Notes: a model not told the origin generated them from the letters alone. Shown: positions 39,620 to 48,569, counted from the first letter of the stretch. The stretch: DNA of 64,000 nt from Synergistaceae bacterium (GCA_017448795.1 JAFSKV010000072.1:39084-103083), one strand, 5' to 3'. Numbers and translations are program-made.

Positions 39620-39931
39620 CTGTTCAGCATAGGTTTCTGGGAGCTTCTTGTGATACTGGTGATAGCGTTCGTTGTTGTCGGCCCGGAAGACCTGCCCAAA
39701 GTTGCGGCGTGGCTGGGGAGAACGGCCCGGCATTTCCGCCTTCTTGTCCGTGAGTTCCGGGAGCAGGCGGGGATTGATGAGATCGAGCGCGGGATTTCTG
39801 ACGCTAAGAGCGGGATTGACCGTGATATTCGCAGGCTTAAAAGCGAGGCTGACTTGTCCCGTGAAGTGAGGATGACGGAAGGCCTGCGCGGAGAAATCGG
39901 CGGGGCGGAAAAATCGTTGAAGGAGGAATAA
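39620..39931 (+). CDS. tatB: TatB/TatA family protein (TatB-like) with a probable non-canonical CTG start
   Basis: (L)FSIGFWELLVILVIAFVVVGPEDLPKVAAWLGR matches the Tat TM-hinge-amphipathic helix pattern. The first canonical start, GTG at 39650, would remove half of the TM helix. GAGGGGG lies 8 nt upstream of the CTG. Confidence 0.6.
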   Translation: MFSIGFWELLVILVIAFVVVGPEDLPKVAAWLGRTARHFRLLVREFREQAGIDEIERGISDAKSGIDRDIRRLKSEADLSREVRMTEGLRGEIGGAEKSLKEE

Positions 39932-39936
39932 ATTTC

Positions 39937-40107
39937 ATGCACTTGGGATTCTCGGAGATACTACTTCTGATATTCTTGGCGCTTGTGCTTTTCGGGGGCA
40001 GCAAACTTTCAGGGGTCGGTAAAGCCCTCGGCAGGAGCATAAGGGACTTCAGGGACGAGCTCAAATCTGACGGCGACAAACCATCAGGCGAGACTGAGGC
40101 AAAGTGA
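39937..40107 (+). CDS. tatA: Sec-independent translocase TatA/E
   Basis: 56 aa, so below the ORF-track cutoff: MHLGFSEILLLIFLALVLFGGSKLSGVGKALGRSIRDFRDEL. AGGAGG is upstream. Confidence 0.8.
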   Translation: MHLGFSEILLLIFLALVLFGGSKLSGVGKALGRSIRDFRDELKSDGDKPSGETEAK

Positions 40108-40811
40108 ACGGCGGAAAAGCCCCCCTCATCTCACACCTCCAGGAACTTCGGAGGGCTGTGCAGATTTGCGCCGGGTCGGTGATTGCCGCGTTCGTTGTGG
40201 TGTGGTGCTTCGCGTCGGATGCTCTTGTGGGCTGGATAGTCGCCCCGATAAAGGCAAAGGGCATCGAGATAATCTACACGGCCATGTCCGAGGCGTTCAC
40301 CACGAAAATCAAGGTGTCGTTCACAGCGTCAGTAATCATAGCAAGCCCGGTGATAATCTGGCAGATGTGGAGCTTCATACGTCCCGCGCTCTATCCGGGC
40401 GAAAAGAGAGCCTTCAAGCTGGTATTCGCCGCGGCATTGGGGCTGTTCCTCGCGGGTGTGGTCTTCTGCTACGAGGCTGTGTACATGTTCGCGGTTGACT
40501 TTTTCCTTGTAGCGGGGGACAACTTGGCGACTCCCATGCTTTCACTCGACAAGTACGTCGGCTTCCTGTTCGGGTTCATCCTGCCGTTCGGGATGGCGTT
40601 CCAGCTCCCCGTGTTCCTGTACATGACGACGCGCTTGGGCTGGACAAACTATGACATGCTCGCGTCAAAGAGGAAGTATGTGGTACTTGCTGTGTTCACG
40701 CTTGCCGCGATACTGACTCCGCCCGACGTGATTTCGCAGATCGCGCTCGGAGTGCCGATGATGATTCTGTACGAGATCGGCGTTCAGGTGTGCAGATTCG
40801 CCGACAAATAG
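40104..40811 (+). CDS. tatC: Sec-independent translocase TatC
   Basis: Six TM segments. Contains HLQELRRAV, IIASPVIIWQMWSFIRPALY and LTPPDVISQ. The GTG start overlaps the tatA stop. Confidence 0.9.
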   Translation: MNGGKAPLISHLQELRRAVQICAGSVIAAFVVVWCFASDALVGWIVAPIKAKGIEIIYTAMSEAFTTKIKVSFTASVIIASPVIIWQMWSFIRPALYPGEKRAFKLVFAAALGLFLAGVVFCYEAVYMFAVDFFLVAGDNLATPMLSLDKYVGFLFGFILPFGMAFQLPVFLYMTTRLGWTNYDMLASKRKYVVLAVFTLAAILTPPDVISQIALGVPMMILYEIGVQVCRFADK

Positions 40812-40812
40812 A

Positions 40813-40849
40813 GCCGGGTGGCATGTGTTACCGTCCCGGCCCTTCTTTG
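40813..40849. terminator. Weak hairpin between convergent tatC and glgB
   Basis: Stems GCCGGG and CCCGGC, followed by CCTTCTTTG. Confidence 0.3.
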
Positions 40850-40857
40850 AGTCCTTG

Positions 40858-42792
40858 TTACTCCTGCTCAGGCCTCGTGCTGAAGTGGAACATCACGATT
40901 CCCAGCGGCGGAAGCGTCAGAGGCATCGAGTAGGGCATATTCTCCCACTCCTTCATCTCAGCCTCCATTCCTCCGCAGTTCCCCAAGCCTGAACCGCCGT
41001 ATTTCGTCGCGTCGCTGTTGAGGATTTCCTTCCAGAAGCCAGCCCTCGGAACTCCTACCCTGTAGCCGAATCTCGGTACAGGCGTGAAGTTCGCCGCGCA
41101 CAGTATGTACTCGTCATCGCTCTTGCCCTTCCTCAGCCACACGATTACGCTCTGCTGCCAGTCTGAGCAGTCAACCCACCTGAAGCCCTCCGGCGAGAAG
41201 TCCAGCTCATAGAACGGAGGATACTTCTTGTACGCTGTGTTGAGGTCGCGCACCCAGTCCTGAATCCCGCGGAAGTCGTCCTTCTGCAACAAGTGCCACT
41301 CACACGCCGAGTCGTGATTCCATTCGAGACCCTGTGCAAATTCTCCGCCCATGAAGAGCAGCTTCTTCCCAGGATGGCCCCACATGTAGCCGTAAAGGAG
41401 ACGCAAATTCGCGCGCTTCTGCCACCAGTCGCCGGACATCTTGTTGATGAGCGAGCCTTTCCCGTGGACGACCTCGTCATGTGAGAGCGGCAACATGAAG
41501 TTTTCGCTGAACGCGTACCATATCGAGAAGGTGAGCTGGTTCTGATGCCACGAGCGGTAGACAGGCTCAAGGCTCATGTAGTCGAGCGTGTCATGCATCC
41601 AGCCCATGTTCCACTTCATGCCGAAGCCCAGGCCTCCCAAGAACACCGGGCGCGTAACCATAGGCCAGTCAGTCGACTCTTCCGCCACCGTCTGGATGTT
41701 CCCGAAACGCCCGAACAATTCGCTGTTCATGTCGCGGAGGAGGGATATTGCTTCAAGGTTCTCACGGCCTCCGTAGATGTTGGGTATCCATTCGCCGTTT
41801 TTGCGCGAGTAGTCAAGGTAGAGCATCGAGGCGACCGCGTCAATTCTGAGTCCATCCGCGTGGTACTGGTCAACCCAGAACGCCGCCGATGAGATGAGGT
41901 AGCTCCGCACTTCGTTGCGCCCGTAGTTGAAGATGTAGCTGCCCCAGTCTGGATGATAGCCCTTGCGCGGGTCTTCATGCTCGTAAAGCGCGGTCCCGTC
42001 ATACCTTGCCAGGCCGAAATCGTCAGTCGGGAAATGGCTCGGCACAAAGTCTAGGATGACCGCAATGTTCTTCTTGTGCAGGCTGTCGATGAGGTACATG
42101 AGATCCTCAGGAGTCCCGTATCTTGCTGTCGGAGCAAAGTAGCCCAGCGTCTGATAGCCCCATGAGCCATAGAAAGGATGCTCCATCAGCGGGAGGAACT
42201 CGACGGCGTTGAAGCCCATATCCTCACAGTAGCCCGGCAATTCTTCCGCCATTTCACGGTAAGACAGCGACAATCCGTCGTCCCAGTGCCTGCGCCACGA
42301 ACCCATATGCACCTCGTAGACGCTGAGGGGTGCTGACAGATTCATTCTCTCACCGCGCTTTGACATCCATTCGCCGTCGCCCCACTCGTATTCGGGCCAG
42401 TGGGTGATTGATGACGTTCTCGGAGGAAGCTCGAACGCACGGCAGAAGGGGTCCATCTTCTCCTTGATTTCTCCGTGCGAGTTCTTGATGCAGAATTTGT
42501 ACAGCTCCCATTTCGCCAGGCCCGGCACAAACCCTTCCCATATCCCGGAGCCGTCCCACCTTGCCGCAAGAGGATGAGACTCAGTGTTCCAGCCGTTGAA
42601 GTTGCCGACTACTGAGACTGACTGCGCATTAGGTGCCCACACTGAGAACGCTACACCCTCGGCGTTGTCGGAAGGGTCTGTGAATTTCTGCGCCCCCATC
42701 TTCTCGTACAGATGGTAATGCGTGCCCTGCTTGAACAGGAATATGTCATAGTCGGAGATAGGTGATACTCCGTGCCTTATGTCTCCTGCCAT
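40858..42792 (-). CDS. glgB: 1,4-alpha-glucan branching enzyme
   Basis: GH13 catalytic strings DFVPSHF, GLRIDAVASMLY, AEESTDWP and LSHDEVVHGKGSL, with an N-terminal CBM48 region. Confidence 0.95.
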   Translation of the reverse strand: MAGDIRHGVSPISDYDIFLFKQGTHYHLYEKMGAQKFTDPSDNAEGVAFSVWAPNAQSVSVVGNFNGWNTESHPLAARWDGSGIWEGFVPGLAKWELYKFCIKNSHGEIKEKMDPFCRAFELPPRTSSITHWPEYEWGDGEWMSKRGERMNLSAPLSVYEVHMGSWRRHWDDGLSLSYREMAEELPGYCEDMGFNAVEFLPLMEHPFYGSWGYQTLGYFAPTARYGTPEDLMYLIDSLHKKNIAVILDFVPSHFPTDDFGLARYDGTALYEHEDPRKGYHPDWGSYIFNYGRNEVRSYLISSAAFWVDQYHADGLRIDAVASMLYLDYSRKNGEWIPNIYGGRENLEAISLLRDMNSELFGRFGNIQTVAEESTDWPMVTRPVFLGGLGFGMKWNMGWMHDTLDYMSLEPVYRSWHQNQLTFSIWYAFSENFMLPLSHDEVVHGKGSLINKMSGDWWQKRANLRLLYGYMWGHPGKKLLFMGGEFAQGLEWNHDSACEWHLLQKDDFRGIQDWVRDLNTAYKKYPPFYELDFSPEGFRWVDCSDWQQSVIVWLRKGKSDDEYILCAANFTPVPRFGYRVGVPRAGFWKEILNSDATKYGGSGLGNCGGMEAEMKEWENMPYSMPLTLPPLGIVMFHFSTRPEQE

Positions 42793-42978
42793 AAAGAGAT
42801 TACCCCCTTAGTATGTATTGTGTTGTTGGTGAAATTTGTGCGTGTGTCAATTTTATGTGATTGTCGCGCTTATTTCAATTCATTTCGCGGAGGCCATGTG
42901 CAAAACGTTTTCACGGCTTTCAATGTATAATTACGGTAATTCACACGCTTTTATTTCACAAAGGAGGAACATGGATTC

Positions 42979-44826
42979 ATGCGCATAAAATTCTCCCCTG
43001 CATTCATGGCCGTATTCTTGCTGTCGTTTGCAGGCTCATCCTTTGCTGCTTCCCCGAACATCATCATGAACGGCGACGCTCATGTCGGAGAACAGGCAGT
43101 GCTTTCCGTAGAGGCCTCGCAGATTCCGCAGAACGGTTCTGTTGAATGGTCAGTTACCCCCACAACAGGACAGAACCCCGCGCGTATTTCACTCAGGGCA
43201 GGAGGCCGGGAATTTGCTTTCACGCCTCTTGACACTGAACCCGTGAAGGTCGTTGCCTCGTTCGCGGACAGGAACGGCGACATCCTCTCGTCAACCGAGA
43301 AGCTCATCACCCCGAAAGAGTTCACGGTTGAGATTTCCGTAGTGGTAGACAGGCCGCTTACCCTGTGGGATTCTTCACGGCGGGCAAATTACGCGTTAAG
43401 CCCTGATGTCCTCATGGCAAATTCACCGGTAAGACTCCGCGCTTCCCTCAATCCTCCTTTCAAGGGGCAGGTTTCTTTCACGTGGGAAGGAGACGCTGCT
43501 ACCGCCGCAATGAGCCAGGACAACGCGGACATTTTCATACGAAGAGGGAGCGTAGGGGCCAGCGAAATCACTGTTACTGCCTTCAACTCACAGGGCGTTA
43601 AGCTCGGAAGCGGAGAGAGCATCGTGAACATTACCCTTCCTGTTTCGACGTATGAAGAGTCTGCAATGGAGCGCGAGGCTTGGCAGGCTTGGCAGAGAGC
43701 GCAGGAGCTTTGGAACTCGAAAAACTACGCTGAGGCTGTGCAGCTTGCGGGTCATGCTGTAACACTTTCACCCAGGGACACAGAGATTTCTGACGGGCTG
43801 AGAGCCATGAACGCGAACTATTCACGCTACACAAAGGCTCAGAAGCTGCGCGAGGACTCCGTGAAATTCGAGGAGGCAGGAAGGCTTGATGATGCCTTGA
43901 AGAATCTGCGCATTGCCCAAGTGATTTGGCCCATTGATGACGGCGAGAGGATCATAAAGACAGCTGAGGAAAAAGTAGAACGTCAGAGGAAACTTCAGCA
44001 GGAGGCTAACTGGCTTCGTGATACAGCAAGCGCGTATGACAACGAAAACATGTACGAGGACGCTCTTGAATATTACGCCAGAAGCATAGCCATTGTATCC
44101 AGTGATGCCGTTCTTGACAGAATGGAGAGGATACGCAACCGCCTGACTCTCATAGCCAACGCCGACAAATACGCAGAAGAAGGCAGTGTGCTTGAGCGTG
44201 AGGGAAAACTTCAGGAAGCGCAGCTCAAATACGGGGCAAGCCTCCAGAGCAACCCTGACGCTACACTGCGCCAGCATTTCGACGAACTCCAGAGCGTAAT
44301 ATCACGCCGCGAACGCCAAGCCAATGCGCTTTTCCGCGAGGGGCAGGACTTACAGAGGCGCAACCAGAATCAGGAAGCCCTAAGACGCTACCGTGAAAGC
44401 CTGAACGTGTGGCCTAATGACAGCGCAAGACAGAGAGTCAGCCAGCTCAGAAACGTGAAGCTGCCTCCTGATACTGTGCTGAGAGGCCCGGAGGATTTCG
44501 GCATAGGCACAAGGGCTGACGCGCAGAAAATCATTCAGGAAGCAGATGAGCTTTATGCCGGGGGAGACCTTGACGGAGCCGCCGCGCTCTACAGGAAGGC
44601 TCAGAGCATTTCACCGTCAGACGAAATGAGAAGATGGGTATCAAGGCTCGATGACATTCTGAAGGAAAGGGACGCGGTGAACGCCGCTAACAAGATAATA
44701 GCTGAGGCAAACGCGCTTTTCAGGGCCGGGAAAAAGAAAGAAGCCCTTGACCTGTACCGCGACAGCCTCAAGGCACACAAGAACGCTGAAATCGAGGCAT
44801 TTATCAGGAGGCAGACAGCGAAATGA
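42979..44826 (+). CDS. Exported protein with N-terminal Ig-like region and C-terminal TPR-like repeats
   Basis: Signal peptide MRIKFSPAFMAVFLLSFAGSSFA. About 200 aa of beta-rich sequence is followed by repeated A..Y..A....P-type helical repeats. Confidence 0.6.
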   Translation: MRIKFSPAFMAVFLLSFAGSSFAASPNIIMNGDAHVGEQAVLSVEASQIPQNGSVEWSVTPTTGQNPARISLRAGGREFAFTPLDTEPVKVVASFADRNGDILSSTEKLITPKEFTVEISVVVDRPLTLWDSSRRANYALSPDVLMANSPVRLRASLNPPFKGQVSFTWEGDAATAAMSQDNADIFIRRGSVGASEITVTAFNSQGVKLGSGESIVNITLPVSTYEESAMEREAWQAWQRAQELWNSKNYAEAVQLAGHAVTLSPRDTEISDGLRAMNANYSRYTKAQKLREDSVKFEEAGRLDDALKNLRIAQVIWPIDDGERIIKTAEEKVERQRKLQQEANWLRDTASAYDNENMYEDALEYYARSIAIVSSDAVLDRMERIRNRLTLIANADKYAEEGSVLEREGKLQEAQLKYGASLQSNPDATLRQHFDELQSVISRRERQANALFREGQDLQRRNQNQEALRRYRESLNVWPNDSARQRVSQLRNVKLPPDTVLRGPEDFGIGTRADAQKIIQEADELYAGGDLDGAAALYRKAQSISPSDEMRRWVSRLDDILKERDAVNAANKIIAEANALFRAGKKKEALDLYRDSLKAHKNAEIEAFIRRQTAK

Positions 44827-46301
44827 TGATAATAGGCTTCAGCAACCTCAAAGGCGGAGTAGGCAAGACAACTTCATGCCAGAACATAGCGGCCGCCCTC
44901 ACGAAAAAAGGCAGAAGAGTCGCAGTCGTCGACATGGATCCGCAAAGCAACCTGAGCGCAGGATTCGGACTCAGCACTTCGCCGACAGATCCGCAGGTTT
45001 TCGACCTTCTTTCAGGCGCGGCTGAATGGGACGATATAGCAGTCAGGAAAGAAGGCATTGACATTGTCCCAAGCTCCTTGAGCCTCGTCATGGCCGAACT
45101 GAACGATGAGAGCACAGTGAACAGGAAGACCGCCCTGCGTGATGCCCTCGCGAAAATTGACCCTGACAGGTATGACTACATGCTGATTGACAGCCCGCCC
45201 CAGCTTGGCATCTTCACGCAGAATGTTCTTGCCGCCTGCGACAAAGTCATTGTGCCTATGGACGGAGGGTTCTACAGCCTCTTCGGGTTAAGGCTTCTTG
45301 ACCGCTCAATGCAGACATTCCGCGAGCGTCTCAACCCAAAACTTGAAATCGGCGGCATCCTCATGACGAACTACAACCCAAGGCTGTATATTTCCCGGCA
45401 GATATACGAGGACGTGAGAAAACAATTCGGCCCCCTGCTCTTCGAGACGTACATACGCCAGAACATCAGCATAGTCGAAGCCTCAAGCGTCGGAATGTCG
45501 ATATTTGAGTACCTTCCGCGCTCAAAGGGGGCTGAGTGCTACAGGGAAGTAACAGAAGAGTTCCTGAAAAGGTTTGAGGACGGCTACATTCCTTCCCCTG
45601 TTCCGCAGGACAGCCAGGAAACGCGCCAGTCCCACAAGCCTAAGCCTCAGATTAAGCTGGCATCTGAAACAGTACCAGAGCCTGAGACAGTCCCGGAAAC
45701 TGAGACACTCCCGGAGCCTGAGCCGAAAAGTGAGCCGCTTGCTGTCCCGGAAACTGAAACGCTCCCGGAACCTGAGCCGGTCAATGAGCCGCTTGCTGTC
45801 CCTGAAACTGAGACGCTCCCGGAACCTGAGCCGGTCAATGAGCCGCTTGCTGTCCCGGAAACTGAGACGCTCCCGGAGCCTGAGCCGGAAAATGAGCCGC
45901 TTGCTGTCCCGGAAGATGAGCCTGCTTCAGCCCCTGTACCTGCTGCAGACTCGAAGCCCGCGCATCCTATGCCTATAGTCCGTGTTCCCGGAGAGAAACG
46001 CCTGACACTTGGGGCTTACGAAGAGAGCATAAAGCAGGACATTCTTGACATGCTCCCGGAGGCAGAAAAAGGAATGTGGATGCAGCTTCTTGGCTCAATC
46101 TCTGACATTTCGCGCGGTGAGGTTGACGTTAGGTCATTGCGCGAGGACTTCGAGGACTCGGACAAGGACAGGTACACTTTCTACATGCTCAATGACGAAG
46201 CCGACTCTTTCTGGCCGGTCATGTACCCGGATCAGATTGTTGAGCCTCTCAGGTGCGTGATAAAGTGGGACGAAGAAGGGTCAGCCGAAGTGTTCATGTA
46301 G
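44823..46301 (+). CDS. ParA/Soj-family ATPase with a Pro/Glu repeat linker and an unassigned C-terminal domain
   Basis: Deviant Walker A NLKGGVGKTT, plus VDMDPQSNLS and IDSPPQLG. The ATG overlaps the upstream stop (ATGA). No parB or parS partner is present in the window. Confidence 0.8.
   Translation: MMIIGFSNLKGGVGKTTSCQNIAAALTKKGRRVAVVDMDPQSNLSAGFGLSTSPTDPQVFDLLSGAAEWDDIAVRKEGIDIVPSSLSLVMAELNDESTVNRKTALRDALAKIDPDRYDYMLIDSPPQLGIFTQNVLAACDKVIVPMDGGFYSLFGLRLLDRSMQTFRERLNPKLEIGGILMTNYNPRLYISRQIYEDVRKQFGPLLFETYIRQNISIVEASSVGMSIFEYLPRSKGAECYREVTEEFLKRFEDGYIPSPVPQDSQETRQSHKPKPQIKLASETVPEPETVPETETLPEPEPKSEPLAVPETETLPEPEPVNEPLAVPETETLPEPEPVNEPLAVPETETLPEPEPENEPLAVPEDEPASAPVPAADSKPAHPMPIVRVPGEKRLTLGAYEESIKQDILDMLPEAEKGMWMQLLGSISDISRGEVDVRSLREDFEDSDKDRYTFYMLNDEADSFWPVMYPDQIVEPLRCVIKWDEEGSAEVFM
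45696..45911 (+). repeat. Four tandem 54-nt (18-aa) coding repeats
   Basis: The unit ETETLPEPEP(K/V/V/E)(S/N)EPLAVP occurs four times head to tail and is nearly identical at the DNA level. Confidence 0.9.
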
Positions 46302-46314
46302 TGATGACGAAATG

Positions 46315-46346
46315 CCCCCGGATGTTTGGACCGGGGGATTTTTTTT
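46315..46346 (+). terminator. Rho-independent terminator
   Basis: Stem CCCCCGG, loop ATGTTTGGA, stem CCGGGGG, then A and T8. Confidence 0.8.
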
Positions 46347-46373
46347 GCTGCGGCACAGACATTTATCCGGCTC

Positions 46374-46403
46374 TTCACATTGCCCGTTCAAGAGTGCTAT
46401 AAT
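46374..46403 (+). promoter_or_regulatory. Extended -10 promoter candidate
   Basis: TTCACA, an 18-nt spacer ending in TGC, then TATAAT. Confidence 0.4.
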
Positions 46404-46455
46404 CAGCCCCACTTCAACCCCAGCAGAATTATTCCCATCAAGGAGGAATCTTGTC

Positions 46456-47007
46456 ATGAGAAGGCTTTATGCCGCCGTTGTTTTGCTGTCTGCATTGTCG
46501 GTTTTGTTTTCTGCCTCGTCATACGCTGACTCTGTCTTGTGGCAGAGGATACGTCTTGAGGATGCCGGAACTGTCTCAATACCAGGCTCATGGACTGTGC
46601 TTCAGACAAACCAGCCTCCATCGGAGAACGCTTACGGCCGGGGTGTCTTTTGCCGTCTCTGCTTGGCCGCCAAAGACTCTAACGCCTCAATAATGCTCAT
46701 GTCATACTGGCCTTTCTCTGTCGCAAAGGCTAACGAGGAGGAAACAGCAAGGAAATTCACCCAGGACATGACTTCTGAGATGATGAGGAAATACGGTTCG
46801 TCAGGCTCGCACCCTGTCTACGGCGACATCAGGACGGGCGGGAAAGTTGCCTTTGTGTCAGCTTACAGGCTCACGGAAAACGCGCAGACTACAGCCTCGT
46901 TCTTTCACGGGGGAAAAATTTACTGCCTCGTCATGACTTACAGACCATCATTTGAATATGAGGCAACAAGGATGATGAGACAGATAATAAACCGCTGGAA
47001 GCTGTGA
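46456..47007 (+). CDS. Small exported protein of unknown function
   Basis: The ATG at 46456 follows AGGAGG. Signal peptide MRRLYAAVVLLSALSVLFSASSYA. Confidence 0.55.
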   Translation: MRRLYAAVVLLSALSVLFSASSYADSVLWQRIRLEDAGTVSIPGSWTVLQTNQPPSENAYGRGVFCRLCLAAKDSNASIMLMSYWPFSVAKANEEETARKFTQDMTSEMMRKYGSSGSHPVYGDIRTGGKVAFVSAYRLTENAQTTASFFHGGKIYCLVMTYRPSFEYEATRMMRQIINRWKL

Positions 47008-47010
47008 GCT

Positions 47011-47550
47011 TCACCTCTTCCACGTGAAATTGTCAGGGAAGAACACAGCAAGCCTCTTCACAGCAAGCCCGGCAAGTATGCTTTTTGCGGCATCACCGGG
47101 AAGCGGCATAATCACGAAATACACAAGAAGCGTCTTAGCTCCCAGCTCATTCCCAAGATAATATTTCGACATCAGCCAGTAATAAGGAATCCCGAACGCG
47201 TAAATCACAGCAATTCCAGCCACCGCCCCAAGAGTCCACGTCATAAACTTGGGTTCGAATCTCTCAGCGATATACCCGGCCAGCCACGCACCAGGAATGA
47301 ACCCTACAATGTATCCGAACGTGGGGTTGAGCGCGGAACCCGTGAAAACAGGAAGCCCCGCCAGCCCCGCCGCCACATACACACAGACTGAAAGCGCACC
47401 CAGTTTCCCGCCGAGAACAAGCCCGGCCATGACCACAAAAAGGGTCTGGAACGTCAGAGGCAGCAAAGGCGTTGGGATTCTTATGTGCGTGCCTATTGCG
47501 ATTAACGCCGCGAACAATGCGCACAGTGTCAGCTTCCTCGCCGCCGTCAT
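47011..47550 (-). CDS. bioY: Biotin transporter BioY
   Basis: Contains IPTPLLPLTFQTLFVVMAGLVLG and has 5-6 TM segments. It lies downstream of birA with a 4-nt overlap. Confidence 0.85.
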   Translation of the reverse strand: MTAARKLTLCALFAALIAIGTHIRIPTPLLPLTFQTLFVVMAGLVLGGKLGALSVCVYVAAGLAGLPVFTGSALNPTFGYIVGFIPGAWLAGYIAERFEPKFMTWTLGAVAGIAVIYAFGIPYYWLMSKYYLGNELGAKTLLVYFVIMPLPGDAAKSILAGLAVKRLAVFFPDNFTWKR

Positions 47551-48536
47551 GATCCAGTTTCCTCCGTCCTTATCATGAATACCTCGCCTGACCTGAGAGC
47601 CTCAATATTCCCCGACGGATCCCGGACAATAAGCCCCCCAGTGTCATCAATGCCTTCAACATGGCCGCTCATCCTCTCGTCCCCCCTCATGAACGTTACA
47701 TCATGCCCCGTAAGAAGCGAACGCTCACGGTAAGCCTGGATTACCGCCGGGCTGCCCAAGTCTTCAGCGAAATCCATCACGTAATCAGCGACCCTTGCGC
47801 AAAGCTCATCCCTCCCAAAGGCAAGGCCGCCTTCCGTGAAGATTGTCCCGGCTATGCCTGAAGCCTCCGGGCTGAATTTCTTTGTCGACACGTTGATTCC
47901 GATTCCTGTTATGACGCTCTCAATCTCGCCGCTTTCGAATCCTGTTACGGCCTCAGTGAGAATGCCGCAGATTTTCCGCCCGTTCATGAACACGTCATTG
48001 ACCCACTTAATGCCGAGCTTCCCGCGCGCTTTTGGGTACAAGTCCTCAACGGCAAGGCAGACCGCCACAGCGTCAGCAATCGTTATCATCTGGAATCTGC
48101 TTATGTCTGCGTCAGGCTTGAGTATCAGCGACATGTAAAGCCCCGTCCCGGCAGGAGACTCGAAAGTATGCCCCCTTCTTCCCCGGCCTGCTGTCTGATG
48201 GTTTGCGGCTATGAGCGTTCCGTGAATGCCTCCTGACAGAGCGAGCTTCTTTGCGTAGCTGTTGGTGGAGTCAATTTCTCCGAGACATATCACGCGTGAG
48301 ACATGGGAGCCGGGCTTGAGGTGTGATGATATTCCCTTCTCTGTGAGAATGTCGCTGACCGTCTCAAGCATGTAGCCTTTGTTTGTTGACGCTGAGATTT
48401 TATGCCCTTCCTTTCTGAGGGACTCGACTGCTTTCCACACAGCTGCCCTTGACACGCCTAAAGACTCCGCCAGCTCTTCGCCTGACAAGTATTCTCCCCT
48501 CTTTGCTTCGAGGGCGTTCAAAATTTTTGTCTTCAT
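47547..48536 (-). CDS. birA: Bifunctional biotin-protein ligase / biotin operon repressor
   Basis: N-terminal wHTH (LSGEELAESLGVSRAAVWKAVESLRKEG), the catalytic string QTAGRGRRGHTFESP, and KWVNDV. Confidence 0.9.
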   Translation of the reverse strand: MKTKILNALEAKRGEYLSGEELAESLGVSRAAVWKAVESLRKEGHKISASTNKGYMLETVSDILTEKGISSHLKPGSHVSRVICLGEIDSTNSYAKKLALSGGIHGTLIAANHQTAGRGRRGHTFESPAGTGLYMSLILKPDADISRFQMITIADAVAVCLAVEDLYPKARGKLGIKWVNDVFMNGRKICGILTEAVTGFESGEIESVITGIGINVSTKKFSPEASGIAGTIFTEGGLAFGRDELCARVADYVMDFAEDLGSPAVIQAYRERSLLTGHDVTFMRGDERMSGHVEGIDDTGGLIVRDPSGNIEALRSGEVFMIRTEETGS

Positions 48537-48569
48537 GATGCGGGGGATTATGCCACAAAATTTTTTGCG

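Noticed and set aside
45647-45838. Regularly spaced repeats that might have been a CRISPR-like array, plus a minus-strand GSGSVSVSG ORF.
   Set aside because: The repeats are contiguous with no spacers, are in frame, and lie inside the ParA-like CDS. The minus-strand ORF is their antisense image.
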